64,000 bases of DNA from positions 96,001 to 160,000 of the forward strand of contig CAVVTZ010000007.1 of NCBI GenBank assembly GCA_963751275.1. The letters run 5' to 3'. Positions within the stretch are counted from its first letter, which is position 1. Each line of letters begins with the position of its first letter. Below are positions 9,143-19,573 of the stretch, piece after piece. Below the pieces are notes generated by a model that was not told the origin of the DNA, made no database searches, and saw nothing but the letters and a program-made list of their open reading frames with translations. Source of the stretch: an uncultured Gemmatimonadaceae bacterium (GTDB taxonomy: Bacteria; Gemmatimonadota; Gemmatimonadetes; Gemmatimonadales; Gemmatimonadaceae). Made by a program: the position numbers and the translations under genes.

Positions 9143-10558
9143 ATGGCGACACGGCCGGCTGGTCTCCAGAACGCCGTACTCACTCTCCTCGTGTGCGCCC
9201 TCGCGGCGGGTTGCGCGGGCGCGCCCCCCTTCTCGGAACCGGCGACACCGCCGGCGACGAGCTCCACGGCACCCGCGGCGGCCGCGAAGCCGGCAGCGCC
9301 CGCCGGGCCGGCCGCGGATGGGTTCGGTCCATACCGGACCGCCGGCATGCTCGTGCAAGCGCTGCCGATCCCCTTCGTCGGATCGGTGCACTATTTCGCG
9401 GGGGCTGACCCCGACAGCACGCTCGCGCTCGTCGCGGTCTCCATGGCGAACCGCTCCCTGATGTTCACGGCGGACGCGGGCAAAGGCGACCACGCGACGT
9501 TCTCGGTGGGGATCGTCGTGCGCGACAGCACGCACGCCATCGCGCACACCGAGGATCAACAGTCGATCGTGGTGCAGACGTTCAAGGAGACGATGCGCGG
9601 CGACGAGACGATCGTGTTCCAGCGCTACATCTTGGTGCCGCCTGGCTCATACACGATGACGGTCTCGGTGACGGACCGCGCCACCGGGAACGCCTCGGTC
9701 GCGCAGATCCCCATTACGGCGCCGAGTTTCGGGAACGGCACGCTCTCTTCGCCGACCACGGTCTTTCGCGCCAGCGCACGCGGACGCCGCGACACGCTAC
9801 CCGACGTCATCGCGAACCCGCGCTCCACACTGGTCTTCGGACGCGATTCCCTCGCGCCGATCTATCTGGAAGGATACGGCCTGGCGGCCGGCACACGGCT
9901 CGCGCTCACGGTGGAGAACCCCGACCACGGCGTGCTGCTCACCGACACGGTCACCCTGACCCGCCAGCTGCCGATCGCCGGCGCGGAATTCGATCTGCCC
10001 ATGCCGCGGCTGGGACTCGGCCGCCGCACGGTGACCGCGATGGTGGTCGGTTCGCGCGACACGGTGCGCACGCCGCTCTTCATCACGGTGGGCGAAAGCC
10101 TCGGCATCGTGAATTTCGACGAGCTCCTGAGCTACCTGCGCTACTTCGCGACACCGGAACGGCTCCAGGCGCTGCGCGCCACCCCGCCGGCCCAACGCGG
10201 TGCCGCATGGTATGCCTTCTGGAAGGAGAGCGACCCGAATCCGGCGACGGCGGACAACGAGGCCCTCATCGACTACTTCGACCGGATCCAGTCGGCCAAC
10301 AAACAGTTCAAGGAGACCGGCGAGCCGGGCTGGCTCACCGACCGCGGCAAGGTCTACATCACGCTCGGCGAGCCCGACCAGGTCATGGGCTCGAATGGGA
10401 AAGGGCTCACGCCGAGTGGCCGCAGCCAATTCTGGGCCTATGCGCGCCACGGCATTCGCCTCGAGTTCGTCGATCAGAATGGCTACGGACGCTGGCGCCT
10501 GACGCAGCGGAGCGAGGCCGAGTTCGATCAGATCGCCGGCCAGGAAATGGCACACTGA
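9143..10558 (+). CDS. GWxTD domain lipoprotein
   Basis: Lipobox LAAGC; FWKESDPNPAT..NE, GWLTDRGKVYITLGEPD. Confidence 0.88.
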   Translation: MATRPAGLQNAVLTLLVCALAAGCAGAPPFSEPATPPATSSTAPAAAAKPAAPAGPAADGFGPYRTAGMLVQALPIPFVGSVHYFAGADPDSTLALVAVSMANRSLMFTADAGKGDHATFSVGIVVRDSTHAIAHTEDQQSIVVQTFKETMRGDETIVFQRYILVPPGSYTMTVSVTDRATGNASVAQIPITAPSFGNGTLSSPTTVFRASARGRRDTLPDVIANPRSTLVFGRDSLAPIYLEGYGLAAGTRLALTVENPDHGVLLTDTVTLTRQLPIAGAEFDLPMPRLGLGRRTVTAMVVGSRDTVRTPLFITVGESLGIVNFDELLSYLRYFATPERLQALRATPPAQRGAAWYAFWKESDPNPATADNEALIDYFDRIQSANKQFKETGEPGWLTDRGKVYITLGEPDQVMGSNGKGLTPSGRSQFWAYARHGIRLEFVDQNGYGRWRLTQRSEAEFDQIAGQEMAH

Positions 10559-10677
10559 CGCGCGGCGCAGGATGAACGCCGGGCAGCCGGAAGCGCGTTG
10601 CCGTTATCTTACGGGAGCGCGCTTCTTGCCTTCGGGCGCCCGACCGCGGGCCCTGTCACGCGACCGAGTCCTCCGTC

Positions 10678-13509
10678 ATGCAGCCACCGTCCTCGCCCCG
10701 GCTCTTCCTCGTCGATGGATACGCGCTGATCTATCGCGCGTTCTTCGCGCTCATCGCGCGCCCGCTCAAGACGAGTCGCGGCGAGAACACCTCGGCGAGC
10801 TGGGGGATCGTCAACTTCCTGCGCCGGCTGCACGCCACGCACCGGCCCGAGTACATCGCCTGGGTGCACGACGCCGGGCTGTCGTTCCGCCATGAGCGGT
10901 ATCCCGCGTACAAGGCGACGCGCGAGAAACTCACCGACGAATTGCAGGCGGATTTCGACACGAGCCTGAAACGCATCGTGGCACTGCTCGACGCCTTCCG
11001 CATCCAGGTCGTGACGGTCGAGGGCTACGAGGCCGATGATGTCATCGGCACGTTGGCGACCCAGGCGCACGCGCGCTCGCTGAATTCCGTGATCGTGTCG
11101 GGCGACAAGGATTTCCAACAACTCGTCGCGCCGGACATTTGGCTCCTGAACCCCGGCCGCGGCGGGCCGGCGGCCGTGGATGAGCACTGGGTGGGGATGG
11201 AGAACGCGAGTGAGCGGCTCGGCGTGCCCCCGGAACGCGTCACCGATTATCTCGCCCTCGTCGGCGACACATCCGACAACGTGCCGGGAGTCAAAGGGAT
11301 CGGCGAGAAGACCGCGGTGGACCTGATCAACACCTACGGCGACCTCGATGCGATCCTCGCGCATGCCGCGCAGATCACGAACAAGCGGCCGCGCGAGGCG
11401 CTGCTCGCGCGCGAAGCCGAGGCACGCCTCTCGAAGGATCTCGTCACGATCCGCCGGGATGTCCCGGTGACGCTCGATCTCGAGAAGTTCAAGGCGCGGG
11501 AGCCCGACCACGAACGGCTGCGCGGGATGTTCGTCGAATTGGAGTTCCATTCGCTCGCGAAGGAGCACGCGGCGAAGGGACAGGCGGCGAGAGAGGACGC
11601 GCTGCCGGAACCTGAGAGGAAGGCGGCGTCGACGTTCAAGACCGTGGACACGCCGGCGGCGGTGCGCGCCGCGGTCGCCCGGGCCCGCGCGGCGCCGTTC
11701 ATCTCGATCGACACCGAGACGGTCGTCGCCGCGGACAGTCCGATCGATGTGGATCCCATGCGCTCCACGTTGATCGGGATTTCGATGGCGGTCGGTCCCG
11801 GCGAAGCCTATTACTTCCCGTTCGGTCACCGCACGAAGCACACGGCGGCGCAGGGGGAGCTGATCCCGGTGGAGACCGCTCCCGCGATGGACAAGGCGAA
11901 CCTGCCGCCACTGGCTTCGGCCGCGCTCGCGCCGCTGCGCGAGCTGATCGAGGATCCCGCGGTGAAGAAGACGGCGCAGAACGGGAAGTACGACCTGCTC
12001 GTGTTGCGGCGCGCCGGCGTGCAGCTGCGCGGACTCGATTTCGACACGATGCTGGCCAGCTATGTGCTCGATCCGGGGCGTCGCTCGCATGGACTGGACA
12101 TGCTCGCGCTGGAGTTCCTCGAGCGGCGCACGACATCGTATCAGGAACTCACGGGCAAAGGTCGCGATGCGATCACCTTCGATCTCGTGCCGGTCGACGC
12201 CGCCCGCGAGTACTCGTGCGAGGATGCCGATGTCACCTTCCAACTCCGCCAGCGTTTCGAGCCGCTCGTCGAGTCCCTGGGCGTCGGGAAGCTGCTGCGC
12301 GAGATCGAGGTGCCGCTGATCGATGTGCTCGCCGACATGGAATGGACCGGCATCCGGATCGACCGCGCGTGGTTCGCGAAACTGAAGGAACGGTTCCAGG
12401 CCGATCGGCGGAAGGTCGAGCAGCAGATCTACGCGGCGGCCGGCAGCGAATTCAACATCAACTCGAACGCCCAGCTCCGAACGGTGCTCTTCGAGACGCT
12501 GAAGCTGCCGATCCTCAAGAAGACGCCGACCGGACCATCGACCGATGCATCGGTGTTGCAGGAGCTGGCCGATCAGGGGCACACCTTCCCGCAACTCCTC
12601 ATGGAATACCGGGAGCTCGCGAAGCTCGAGAGCACGTATCTCGATTCGCTCCCGGCGCTGGTCAATCCGGAGACCGGCCGGCTTCACACGAACTTCAATC
12701 AGACGGTCGCGAGCACGGGCCGCCTGTCGTCCACGGACCCGAACCTCCAGAACATCCCGATCCGGCGCGAACTGGGCCGCGACATTCGCCGCGGCTTCGT
12801 GCCGGAAGAAGGCTGGCGATTCATTGCCGCGGATTACTCGCAGATCGAATTGCGGTTGCTCGCGCACATCTCGCGCGACGAGGCGTTCGTGCAGGCGTTC
12901 CTCGCGGGCGGCGACATTCACCGCCAGACCGCCGCGCTGATATTCGCCGTCCCCGTGGCGGAGGTGACCGCGGAGATGCGTGCGCGCGCGAAGACCATCA
13001 ACTTCGCGACGATCTACGGCCAGGGCGCGCACGCCCTCTCGCGGCAGCTCAAGGTGGAGCACGCGGAGGCCAGGCGCTTCATCGACGAATACTTCGAACG
13101 CTTTGCCGGGGTCCGCGCCTATCTGACGGCGATCGTGGAGTCCGCGCGCGACAAGGGCTACGTCGAAACGCTCTTCGGGCGCCGGCGCTATATCCCCGAA
13201 TTGAAGGACGCGAATTTCAATACCCGCGCATTCGGCGAACGCACCGCGGCCAATTCGGTGATCCAAGGTTCCGCGGCGGACCTCATCAAGATCGCCATGA
13301 TCCGTGTGCACCAGCGGCTGCGCGATGAGAAGAAACGGTCACGCTTGCTGCTGCAGGTGCACGATGAACTGGTGCTCGAGGCCCCGCCGGAGGAACTGAA
13401 GGCGACGGGGGATCTCGTGCAGTTTGAAATGGAGCACGCGGCGACCCTCTCGGTGCCCCTGGTCGTCGATATCGGAGAAGGCGTGAACTGGATGGACGCC
13501 AAGAGCTGA
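10678..13509 (+). CDS. polA: DNA polymerase I
   Basis: 5'-3' exo (LVDG, YKATR, EADD, SGDKD, GDTSDN), 3'-5' exo (IDTET, NGKYD, YSCED), pol motifs DYSQIELR, KTINFATIYG, QVHDEL. Confidence 0.98.
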   Translation: MQPPSSPRLFLVDGYALIYRAFFALIARPLKTSRGENTSASWGIVNFLRRLHATHRPEYIAWVHDAGLSFRHERYPAYKATREKLTDELQADFDTSLKRIVALLDAFRIQVVTVEGYEADDVIGTLATQAHARSLNSVIVSGDKDFQQLVAPDIWLLNPGRGGPAAVDEHWVGMENASERLGVPPERVTDYLALVGDTSDNVPGVKGIGEKTAVDLINTYGDLDAILAHAAQITNKRPREALLAREAEARLSKDLVTIRRDVPVTLDLEKFKAREPDHERLRGMFVELEFHSLAKEHAAKGQAAREDALPEPERKAASTFKTVDTPAAVRAAVARARAAPFISIDTETVVAADSPIDVDPMRSTLIGISMAVGPGEAYYFPFGHRTKHTAAQGELIPVETAPAMDKANLPPLASAALAPLRELIEDPAVKKTAQNGKYDLLVLRRAGVQLRGLDFDTMLASYVLDPGRRSHGLDMLALEFLERRTTSYQELTGKGRDAITFDLVPVDAAREYSCEDADVTFQLRQRFEPLVESLGVGKLLREIEVPLIDVLADMEWTGIRIDRAWFAKLKERFQADRRKVEQQIYAAAGSEFNINSNAQLRTVLFETLKLPILKKTPTGPSTDASVLQELADQGHTFPQLLMEYRELAKLESTYLDSLPALVNPETGRLHTNFNQTVASTGRLSSTDPNLQNIPIRRELGRDIRRGFVPEEGWRFIAADYSQIELRLLAHISRDEAFVQAFLAGGDIHRQTAALIFAVPVAEVTAEMRARAKTINFATIYGQGAHALSRQLKVEHAEARRFIDEYFERFAGVRAYLTAIVESARDKGYVETLFGRRRYIPELKDANFNTRAFGERTAANSVIQGSAADLIKIAMIRVHQRLRDEKKRSRLLLQVHDELVLEAPPEELKATGDLVQFEMEHAATLSVPLVVDIGEGVNWMDAKS

Positions 13510-13665
13510 ACGATTCCGTTGCGTTAGTGCCCCCGCTTCAGTCTTCCTTCGGCCAGGGCTAGTTGGAACGGCCTGGATGTTGCGCCTTGTCAGCCTGTGG
13601 CGTTAGCATCTTTACCTGGGGCGGGCATGAAATCACCCACCCCTGATCTCTCATTTGGCAAGGCG

Positions 13666-14049
13666 ATGCCCCTTCGCGCGCGGCCTGGATTCTCCCTGTT
13701 CGAGCTCTTTACCGTGCTCGTGATCATGGGCATCCTGACCGCCCTCGCGGTGCCGCGCATCCATATGTATAAGCATCGGTTCTACATCGCCACCATGATC
13801 TCGGACCTGCGAAATCTCGCCGTGACAGAGGAGTCTTACTTCGGCGCCGCTGATTTCTACACGAACGACGTCGCGGCGTTGAAGTTCGTTCCGAGTCCGT
13901 ATGTCTCGATCATATTCGTTGAAGCGGACAGCACCGGTTGGTCGGCGAAGGCTGCATACGTGAATGACACGAGCATTTGCGCCGTCTATTACGGCAACGC
14001 GGCGGTGCTCCCACCTGCCACGACCAAGGCGCAGATCGCCTGTCAGTAG
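13666..14049 (+). CDS. Type IV pilin-like protein
   Basis: Prepilin motif RPG|FSLFELFTVLVIMGIL; MISDLRNL; C-terminal Cys pair. Confidence 0.85.
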   Translation: MPLRARPGFSLFELFTVLVIMGILTALAVPRIHMYKHRFYIATMISDLRNLAVTEESYFGAADFYTNDVAALKFVPSPYVSIIFVEADSTGWSAKAAYVNDTSICAVYYGNAAVLPPATTKAQIACQ

Positions 14050-14240
14050 CCTTTCCCGATCACTCCCAGAGGGCTTGCACTCTGCGGCTTTTGTGGCATT
14101 TCAAGCGGTCAGGATTACCGAACGGTCGGCCATAAAGTCCCTAATCTATGATGTAGCAACGCCTTGGCGACGCGCTTCGGCGGGGACTCTCGATTGCATT
14201 CGTATCGGGGAATATGGTCACCCCGACCCGAACGCACTCG

Positions 14241-14630
14241 ATGATGAATCGCTCTCGCGACGCTGGCTTCACGCTCGTGGAACTGATGGTCGTGGTCGTG
14301 GTCCTCGGCGTTCTCGTGGCGATCGCGATCCCGAAGTTCTCGAACACCAAGACCAAAGCGATCGACGCGTCCATGAAGTCCGACCTGCGCAACCTCGCGT
14401 CGGCGCAGGAAGGTTACTACTACACGAATTCCGTCTACACGGCGGTGGTGGCGAACTTGAATTACCTCTCATCGCCCGGCGTGACGATCACGATCCCCGA
14501 GGCGACAGCCGGCGGTTGGTCGGCTGTGGCGACCAGTCCGGCCGCCGGCGCGGTACAATGCGCCGTCTTCTTCGGCACCGCGGCGCCGGTCGCACCCGCG
14601 ACCGTCGAGGGACAGATCGCCTGCGGCTGA
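14241..14630 (+). CDS. Type IV pilin (probable major pilin)
   Basis: DAG|FTLVELMVVVVVLGVLVAIAIP; MKSDLRNL; C-terminal Cys pair. Confidence 0.9.
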   Translation: MMNRSRDAGFTLVELMVVVVVLGVLVAIAIPKFSNTKTKAIDASMKSDLRNLASAQEGYYYTNSVYTAVVANLNYLSSPGVTITIPEATAGGWSAVATSPAAGAVQCAVFFGTAAPVAPATVEGQIACG

Positions 14631-14643
14631 GCCCGCGTGCCCG

Positions 14644-14916
14644 TTGACCGGCGCACCGTACCGGGAATTCGAGCGGCGTCGCGATGGGATGATCTTCGCG
14701 ATGGATGGCGGCCTCTGGTTGCACCGCCATTTCTATCGAGGCCACCCGATGGCGCACCTCGTGTCCACGGATCGCGAGCGGCTCGTCGCATACGGCCGCG
14801 CGGCCGGATTGTCGATCGAGCGTCTGCAGTACAAACCGCTCCGCGATCCACGCAGCGGCGAGCGGCGCGACGCATGGCACTGGGACCTCGTGGGAGAATT
14901 CCTCCCGTCGCGTTGA
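14644..14916 (+). CDS. Small hypothetical protein, DUF4031-like
   Basis: MAHLVSTDRERL..GL..LQ..HWDL resembles the DUF4031 pattern. Confidence 0.5.
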   Translation: MTGAPYREFERRRDGMIFAMDGGLWLHRHFYRGHPMAHLVSTDRERLVAYGRAAGLSIERLQYKPLRDPRSGERRDAWHWDLVGEFLPSR

Positions 14917-14920
14917 TCCG

Positions 14921-15838
14921 CTAGCGCTCGCCGAGCGCCTGTGGCGCGGCCAGCCGGCCGCCCACGCCGGCGAGTGCGACCAGCGTCACGAGGTACGGCA
15001 GCGCGAGGAAGAGTTGATACGGCAGTGCGAATCCCATCGCCTGCAGCGCGAACTGCAACGCGCTTGCCGCACCGAAGAACAGGGACGCGAGCGCAACGCC
15101 CGCGGGGCTCCAACGTCCGAGCACCACGATCGCGATCGCGATGAAACCGCGGCCCGCGGACATTCCCTCCGCGAACGTGCCGGCCTGCGCGAGCACCAGC
15201 GTCGCCCCACTCGCGCCGCCGAGCGCTCCGCCGAAGAGCAGCGCCTGCCACTTCACCCGGCGCGGCGCGATGCCCGCGACCAGCGCACTCGCCGGCCGCT
15301 CGCCGACCGCACGCAGCGCGAGCCCATGGTGCGTCCGGTAGAGCCACCAGGTGACGGCCGGCACGAGCACGTAGATCGCGTACGTGATCCACGGCTGATC
15401 GAAGAATGCTGCTCCGATGAGCGGAATGCGGGCGAGCAGCGGCACCGCGATCGCGGCGCTCGTCGGGATCGACAGCGCGGCCCCGGACGTGCCATAGAGA
15501 TCGCGATAGAGCGCTCCCGTGAGTCCGAGCGCGAGCAGATTCACGGCCGTACCGGTGATGATCTGGTCGCAGCGCAGTTCGATCGTGAAGACGCCGAAGA
15601 TGATCACGATCGCCGCACCGCTGGCGATCCCCGCGAGGAATCCGGCCGCGACGCCGCCGGCGCTCGCGCCGACGAGCGCCCCGAAGGCGCCGCCCAGGAT
15701 CACACCCTCGAGTCCGATGTTGATGATCCCCGAGCGTTCCACCACGCACTCGCCCACCGCCGCGAGCGCGAGCGGCGTCGCCATTCGGACCGTCGCGGGA
15801 AGGAACGCCTGCAGGAACGCCAGGATCATCGCGCTCAC
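14921..15838 (-). CDS. Nucleoside/sugar ABC transporter permease
   Basis: ERSGIINIGLEG, GLALRAVGE, SAGRGFIAIA. Confidence 0.92.
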   Translation of the reverse strand: MSAMILAFLQAFLPATVRMATPLALAAVGECVVERSGIINIGLEGVILGGAFGALVGASAGGVAAGFLAGIASGAAIVIIFGVFTIELRCDQIITGTAVNLLALGLTGALYRDLYGTSGAALSIPTSAAIAVPLLARIPLIGAAFFDQPWITYAIYVLVPAVTWWLYRTHHGLALRAVGERPASALVAGIAPRRVKWQALLFGGALGGASGATLVLAQAGTFAEGMSAGRGFIAIAIVVLGRWSPAGVALASLFFGAASALQFALQAMGFALPYQLFLALPYLVTLVALAGVGGRLAAPQALGER

Positions 15839-16932
15839 AGGGCCTCCGCGGCATCGCCGCGCGGCCGGCGCCCCAGCAGCGAACCGAGCGAACCGAGGCG
15901 CCGAGACGAGCCGGCGAGCGCGAGCAGGATCAACGCGCCCTCGACGATCGAGACCGTCACGGCGGGGATCCCCGCCTCCCGCTGCATGGCGAGCGCCCCC
16001 GACTCGAGTCCACCGAACAGGACCGCCGTGGCCACCACCACGAGTGGATCGAGCCGCGCGAGCAGTGCGACCGCGATCGCCGTGAATCCGTAGCCGGGCG
16101 ACAGATTCTCATAGAGTGCGAACGTGACTCCGGTGAGCTCCACCGCACCGGCGAGCCCGGCCAACGCACCGCTCGCCAGGAACGCGCGCGCGCGCGTCCG
16201 GCCGACGTCGATCGTGCCCGCGACCGCGGCGGCCTCCGGATTCTCGCCGACCGCCCGCACTCGGAAGCCGGAAGCGGTCCGGCCAAGGACCCACCAGAGC
16301 GCGGGCGCGGCGATCACCGCGATCACGAGCCCCCAATGGAGCCGCGAGCCCGCGACGAATCTCGGGATCCGCGCGATCGCGTCGATCGTCGCCGATTGCG
16401 GATAGATATGCGTGGACTCTTGCAGGGGGCCGCGTACGAGGTAGCCGACGAGATAGGCGGCGATGAAATTCAGCATGATCGTGCTGATCACTTCGAGTAC
16501 GCCATAGCGCTGGCGGAGGATGGACGCGATTGCCGCCCAGAGCGCGCCCGCCATCGCGCCCGCCGTGAGCGCGAGCGGCAGCGTGAATGGGCCCAGTACG
16601 TGCGCGCCGAAGATCGAGACGATCAATGCCGCGGTCGCGCCTACGAGCAGCTGTCCTTCCGCCCCAATGTTCCAGACGCCGGCGCGGAACGCGAGGGTCA
16701 CGCCGAGTCCGGCAAGGATCAGCGGCGTCGCGCGGACGAGTGTGGCCGAGGTCAGCGCATACCCGCTGCCGAAGGAACCCACCCACAGTGCGCGGAGCGC
16801 CGGTCCGACCTCGTGCCCGCCCACGGCGATCACCGCCGCGAGGATCGCCATCGCCACGGCCGCGCCGATGGCGATCGACGACGCAACGCGCAGTGCCCGG
16901 CGTGCCAGCGGATCCGGTCGGCCGCCGCTCAT
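15835..16932 (-). CDS. Nucleoside/sugar ABC transporter permease
   Basis: FRAGVWNIGAEGQ, EVISTIMLN, GYGFTAIAVALL. Confidence 0.92.
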   Translation of the reverse strand: MSGGRPDPLARRALRVASSIAIGAAVAMAILAAVIAVGGHEVGPALRALWVGSFGSGYALTSATLVRATPLILAGLGVTLAFRAGVWNIGAEGQLLVGATAALIVSIFGAHVLGPFTLPLALTAGAMAGALWAAIASILRQRYGVLEVISTIMLNFIAAYLVGYLVRGPLQESTHIYPQSATIDAIARIPRFVAGSRLHWGLVIAVIAAPALWWVLGRTASGFRVRAVGENPEAAAVAGTIDVGRTRARAFLASGALAGLAGAVELTGVTFALYENLSPGYGFTAIAVALLARLDPLVVVATAVLFGGLESGALAMQREAGIPAVTVSIVEGALILLALAGSSRRLGSLGSLLGRRPRGDAAEAL

Positions 16933-18140
16933 CGCCGGCCCGACGCCAGTCGCTCCGCTTCAGGCAGACCGCGCAGCCGCCACATCGCGAGACATCCGAG
17001 CAACGGCCCGGCCGCGAGCGGCATGAACGCGTACGTCCATCCCCAGCGCGCCGCCCACAACGGGACGCCGCGAATGCTCACGATCGTGAGCAAGAATCCG
17101 AGCGAGGTCTGCAGTGTGAGGGCCGTGCCCGTGTACTCTGGCGGGACCAACTCGGTGATGCACGTCGAGAACTGCGCGGAATCCGCCACGACGCTCGCGC
17201 CCCACACCATCGTGATGAACAACAGGACGGCGGACGAGCCGCCCGCCAACGGTCCGATGATCAGGGCACATAGTCCGCTGATGGTCATCGCGCCGATGGT
17301 GAGCGCGGTGCGGCCGCTCCGGTCCGCGATCCAGCCGCCGGCCACGCAGCCTGCGGCCCCCGCCGCGAGGGTGCCGAACGTGATCAACGCCGGGAGCGCG
17401 GACGGATAACCGCGTGCCGTGGCGATCACCGCCCAGAACGCGGCCACCCAACTCCACATCGCATACAACTCCCACATGTGCCCGAGATAGCCCGCCGTCG
17501 CGAGCATCACGCCGCGGTCGCGCACGATGCGAGCGAACGCCGCGCGGTCGAGCGGTGACGAGCGCGCTTCGTACGGTCCTGCCTGTACCGCGAATCCGAA
17601 GACGCCCGCGGCGAGCAGCGCCGACCCAGCGGCCGCGAAGAGCACCAGCCGCCATTCTCCCTGCGGAACGATCACGCGCAGGAGATGTGGTGCAGCGGAT
17701 CCGAGCGAGAGCGCGCCAATGAGCACGCCCACCGCGAGGCCCCGGCGCTCGCGCCACCAACCCGCCACGATCTTCATTGCCGGCGGATAGACACCCGCTA
17801 GTGCGACACCGGTCAGCACGCGCCACGCGATCGCAGCACCGGCCGACGCGGTGCAGCACGCGATCGCAGCGGTGCTGGCGGCCGCCAGCGCGGCGCTCCA
17901 CGCCGCCAGTCGGCGCGCGCTCCAGCGGTCGCTCAGCATCGTCGCCGCGCTCAGCAGCGTTCCGCCGACGAATCCCAGCTGCACCGCCATCGTGAGCCAC
18001 GCCGTCGCCGCACCGGACAATCCCCACTCCGCCGCCATCGCCGGTGCGACCGCCGTGGTGCTGAACCAGGGCGCGAGCCCCAGCACGACCCCAACGGATG
18101 TCAACGCGAGCTGACGGCTCGCCGGTTCAGGGCGGTCCAT
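16929..18140 (-). CDS. MFS transporter
   Basis: About 12 TM segments; GVYPPAMK, GHMWELYAMW, ADRSGR, VADSAQFS. Confidence 0.9.
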   Translation of the reverse strand: MDRPEPASRQLALTSVGVVLGLAPWFSTTAVAPAMAAEWGLSGAATAWLTMAVQLGFVGGTLLSAATMLSDRWSARRLAAWSAALAAASTAAIACCTASAGAAIAWRVLTGVALAGVYPPAMKIVAGWWRERRGLAVGVLIGALSLGSAAPHLLRVIVPQGEWRLVLFAAAGSALLAAGVFGFAVQAGPYEARSSPLDRAAFARIVRDRGVMLATAGYLGHMWELYAMWSWVAAFWAVIATARGYPSALPALITFGTLAAGAAGCVAGGWIADRSGRTALTIGAMTISGLCALIIGPLAGGSSAVLLFITMVWGASVVADSAQFSTCITELVPPEYTGTALTLQTSLGFLLTIVSIRGVPLWAARWGWTYAFMPLAAGPLLGCLAMWRLRGLPEAERLASGRR

Positions 18141-19573
18141 TATGCGGCCGTTCCAAGCAGAGCGAGCGCGATCGCCGCGCGCTCCATCGGTACCTCGCGC
18201 GCCACGCCGCCCTGCATGACGATCACACGATCGGCGAGTTCGAGCACCTCGTCCAGATCACTCGAATAGATGACGACGGCGCCGCCGGCGTCGCGCATGG
18301 CCAGGAGATGCCGGTGCATCGCGGCCGTCGCCGCCACATCGAGTCCGCGCGTGGGGTTCTCGGCGACCAACGCCGCCGGCCGGTCCCCGAGTTCTCGCGC
18401 CAGCACGAGCCGCTGCTGATTGCCCCCGGACAGTTCCCGCGCCAATGCTGTCGCGCGCGCCGGACGCACCTCGAACCGCTCGAGGAGTGACGTCGTCCGC
18501 GCGCGGATCTCCGGCCACGGCAGCACACCCCGCGCCGCGCCGGCGCCGCGCAGTGCGACATTCTCCTCCAGCGAGAAACCCAGCACGAGCGCATCGCGGT
18601 GGCGGTCCTCGGGAATGAACGCGACCGATGCCGGACGCTCCACGTGCCCGCCGTCCGGCACGCGGCGCCCCGCGAGCATGCGGAGGAGTTCGTGTTGCCC
18701 CGCGCCCTCGACACCGGCAATGCCGACCACCTCTCCAGCTCGCACGTCGAGCGAGACCCCACGCACCCGGCGCGCGCCCGCCGCGTCGCGTGCGTAGAGG
18801 TCGTGCGCGGCGAGCACGACGGCGCCCGGCTCCACGACGTGTCGCACGGCCGTCTCCCCGAGCCCGCCCACGGTCAGGCGCGCGAGCGCCTCCTCATCGG
18901 TCTTTCCCGGCGCACCCGTCCACACGCTTCGGCCGCGGCGCAGGACAGTGATCGTGTCCGCCGCGTCGAGCGCCTCGCGCAGCTTGTGGGTGATGAGCAC
19001 CACCGCGCCACCGCCGGTGGTGAAGCGGCGCAGCATCCGGAGCAGGTCCGCCGCTTCCGTGGGCGCGAGCACGGCGGTCGGCTCGTCGAGCACGAGGACG
19101 CGCGCGCCCCGCGCCAGCGCCTTCACGATCTCCAGACGTTGCTGGGCGCCCACCGGAAGATCCCCGGCACGCGCATTGGGGTCCAGCACGAGACCCGTCT
19201 CGACACCGATGCGGCGCACCGTCTCCGCGGCCGTCTCGCGCCGGTAGCGTCCGCGCCCGCCGAGCGCGACGTTCTCGGCGATGCTCATCGCGGGGACGAT
19301 GGTGAAATGCTGGTGCACCATCCCCACGCCGCGGGCGATCGCGTCGAGCGGTGACCGCGCGGTCATCACCTGACCGTCCACGGCGACGGTGCCGGCATCC
19401 GCGCGGATCAGCCCGAACGCGATCCGCATGAGCGTGGTCTTGCCCGCCCCGTTCTCGCCGAGCAGCGCGTGGAGAGACCCCCGCCGCACGCTCAGCGATG
19501 CATCCTCGAGCGCTTGCACCTCGCCGAATCGCTTCGCGATCCGCTCGAGCGTCAGCGCCGGTGCATCGCTCAC
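18140..19573 (-). CDS. Nucleoside/sugar ABC transporter ATP-binding protein (two domains)
   Basis: GENGAGKT, LVLDEPT, ITHKL, LSGGNQQ, ENPTRGLD. Confidence 0.94.
   Translation of the reverse strand: MSDAPALTLERIAKRFGEVQALEDASLSVRRGSLHALLGENGAGKTTLMRIAFGLIRADAGTVAVDGQVMTARSPLDAIARGVGMVHQHFTIVPAMSIAENVALGGRGRYRRETAAETVRRIGVETGLVLDPNARAGDLPVGAQQRLEIVKALARGARVLVLDEPTAVLAPTEAADLLRMLRRFTTGGGAVVLITHKLREALDAADTITVLRRGRSVWTGAPGKTDEEALARLTVGGLGETAVRHVVEPGAVVLAAHDLYARDAAGARRVRGVSLDVRAGEVVGIAGVEGAGQHELLRMLAGRRVPDGGHVERPASVAFIPEDRHRDALVLGFSLEENVALRGAGAARGVLPWPEIRARTTSLLERFEVRPARATALARELSGGNQQRLVLARELGDRPAALVAENPTRGLDVAATAAMHRHLLAMRDAGGAVVIYSSDLDEVLELADRVIVMQGGVAREVPMERAAIALALLGTAA

Noticed and set aside
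13570..13585. Possible sigma54 -24/-12 site (GG-N10-GC) upstream of the first pilin
   Set aside because: Lacks the TGGCAC core; too weak to call
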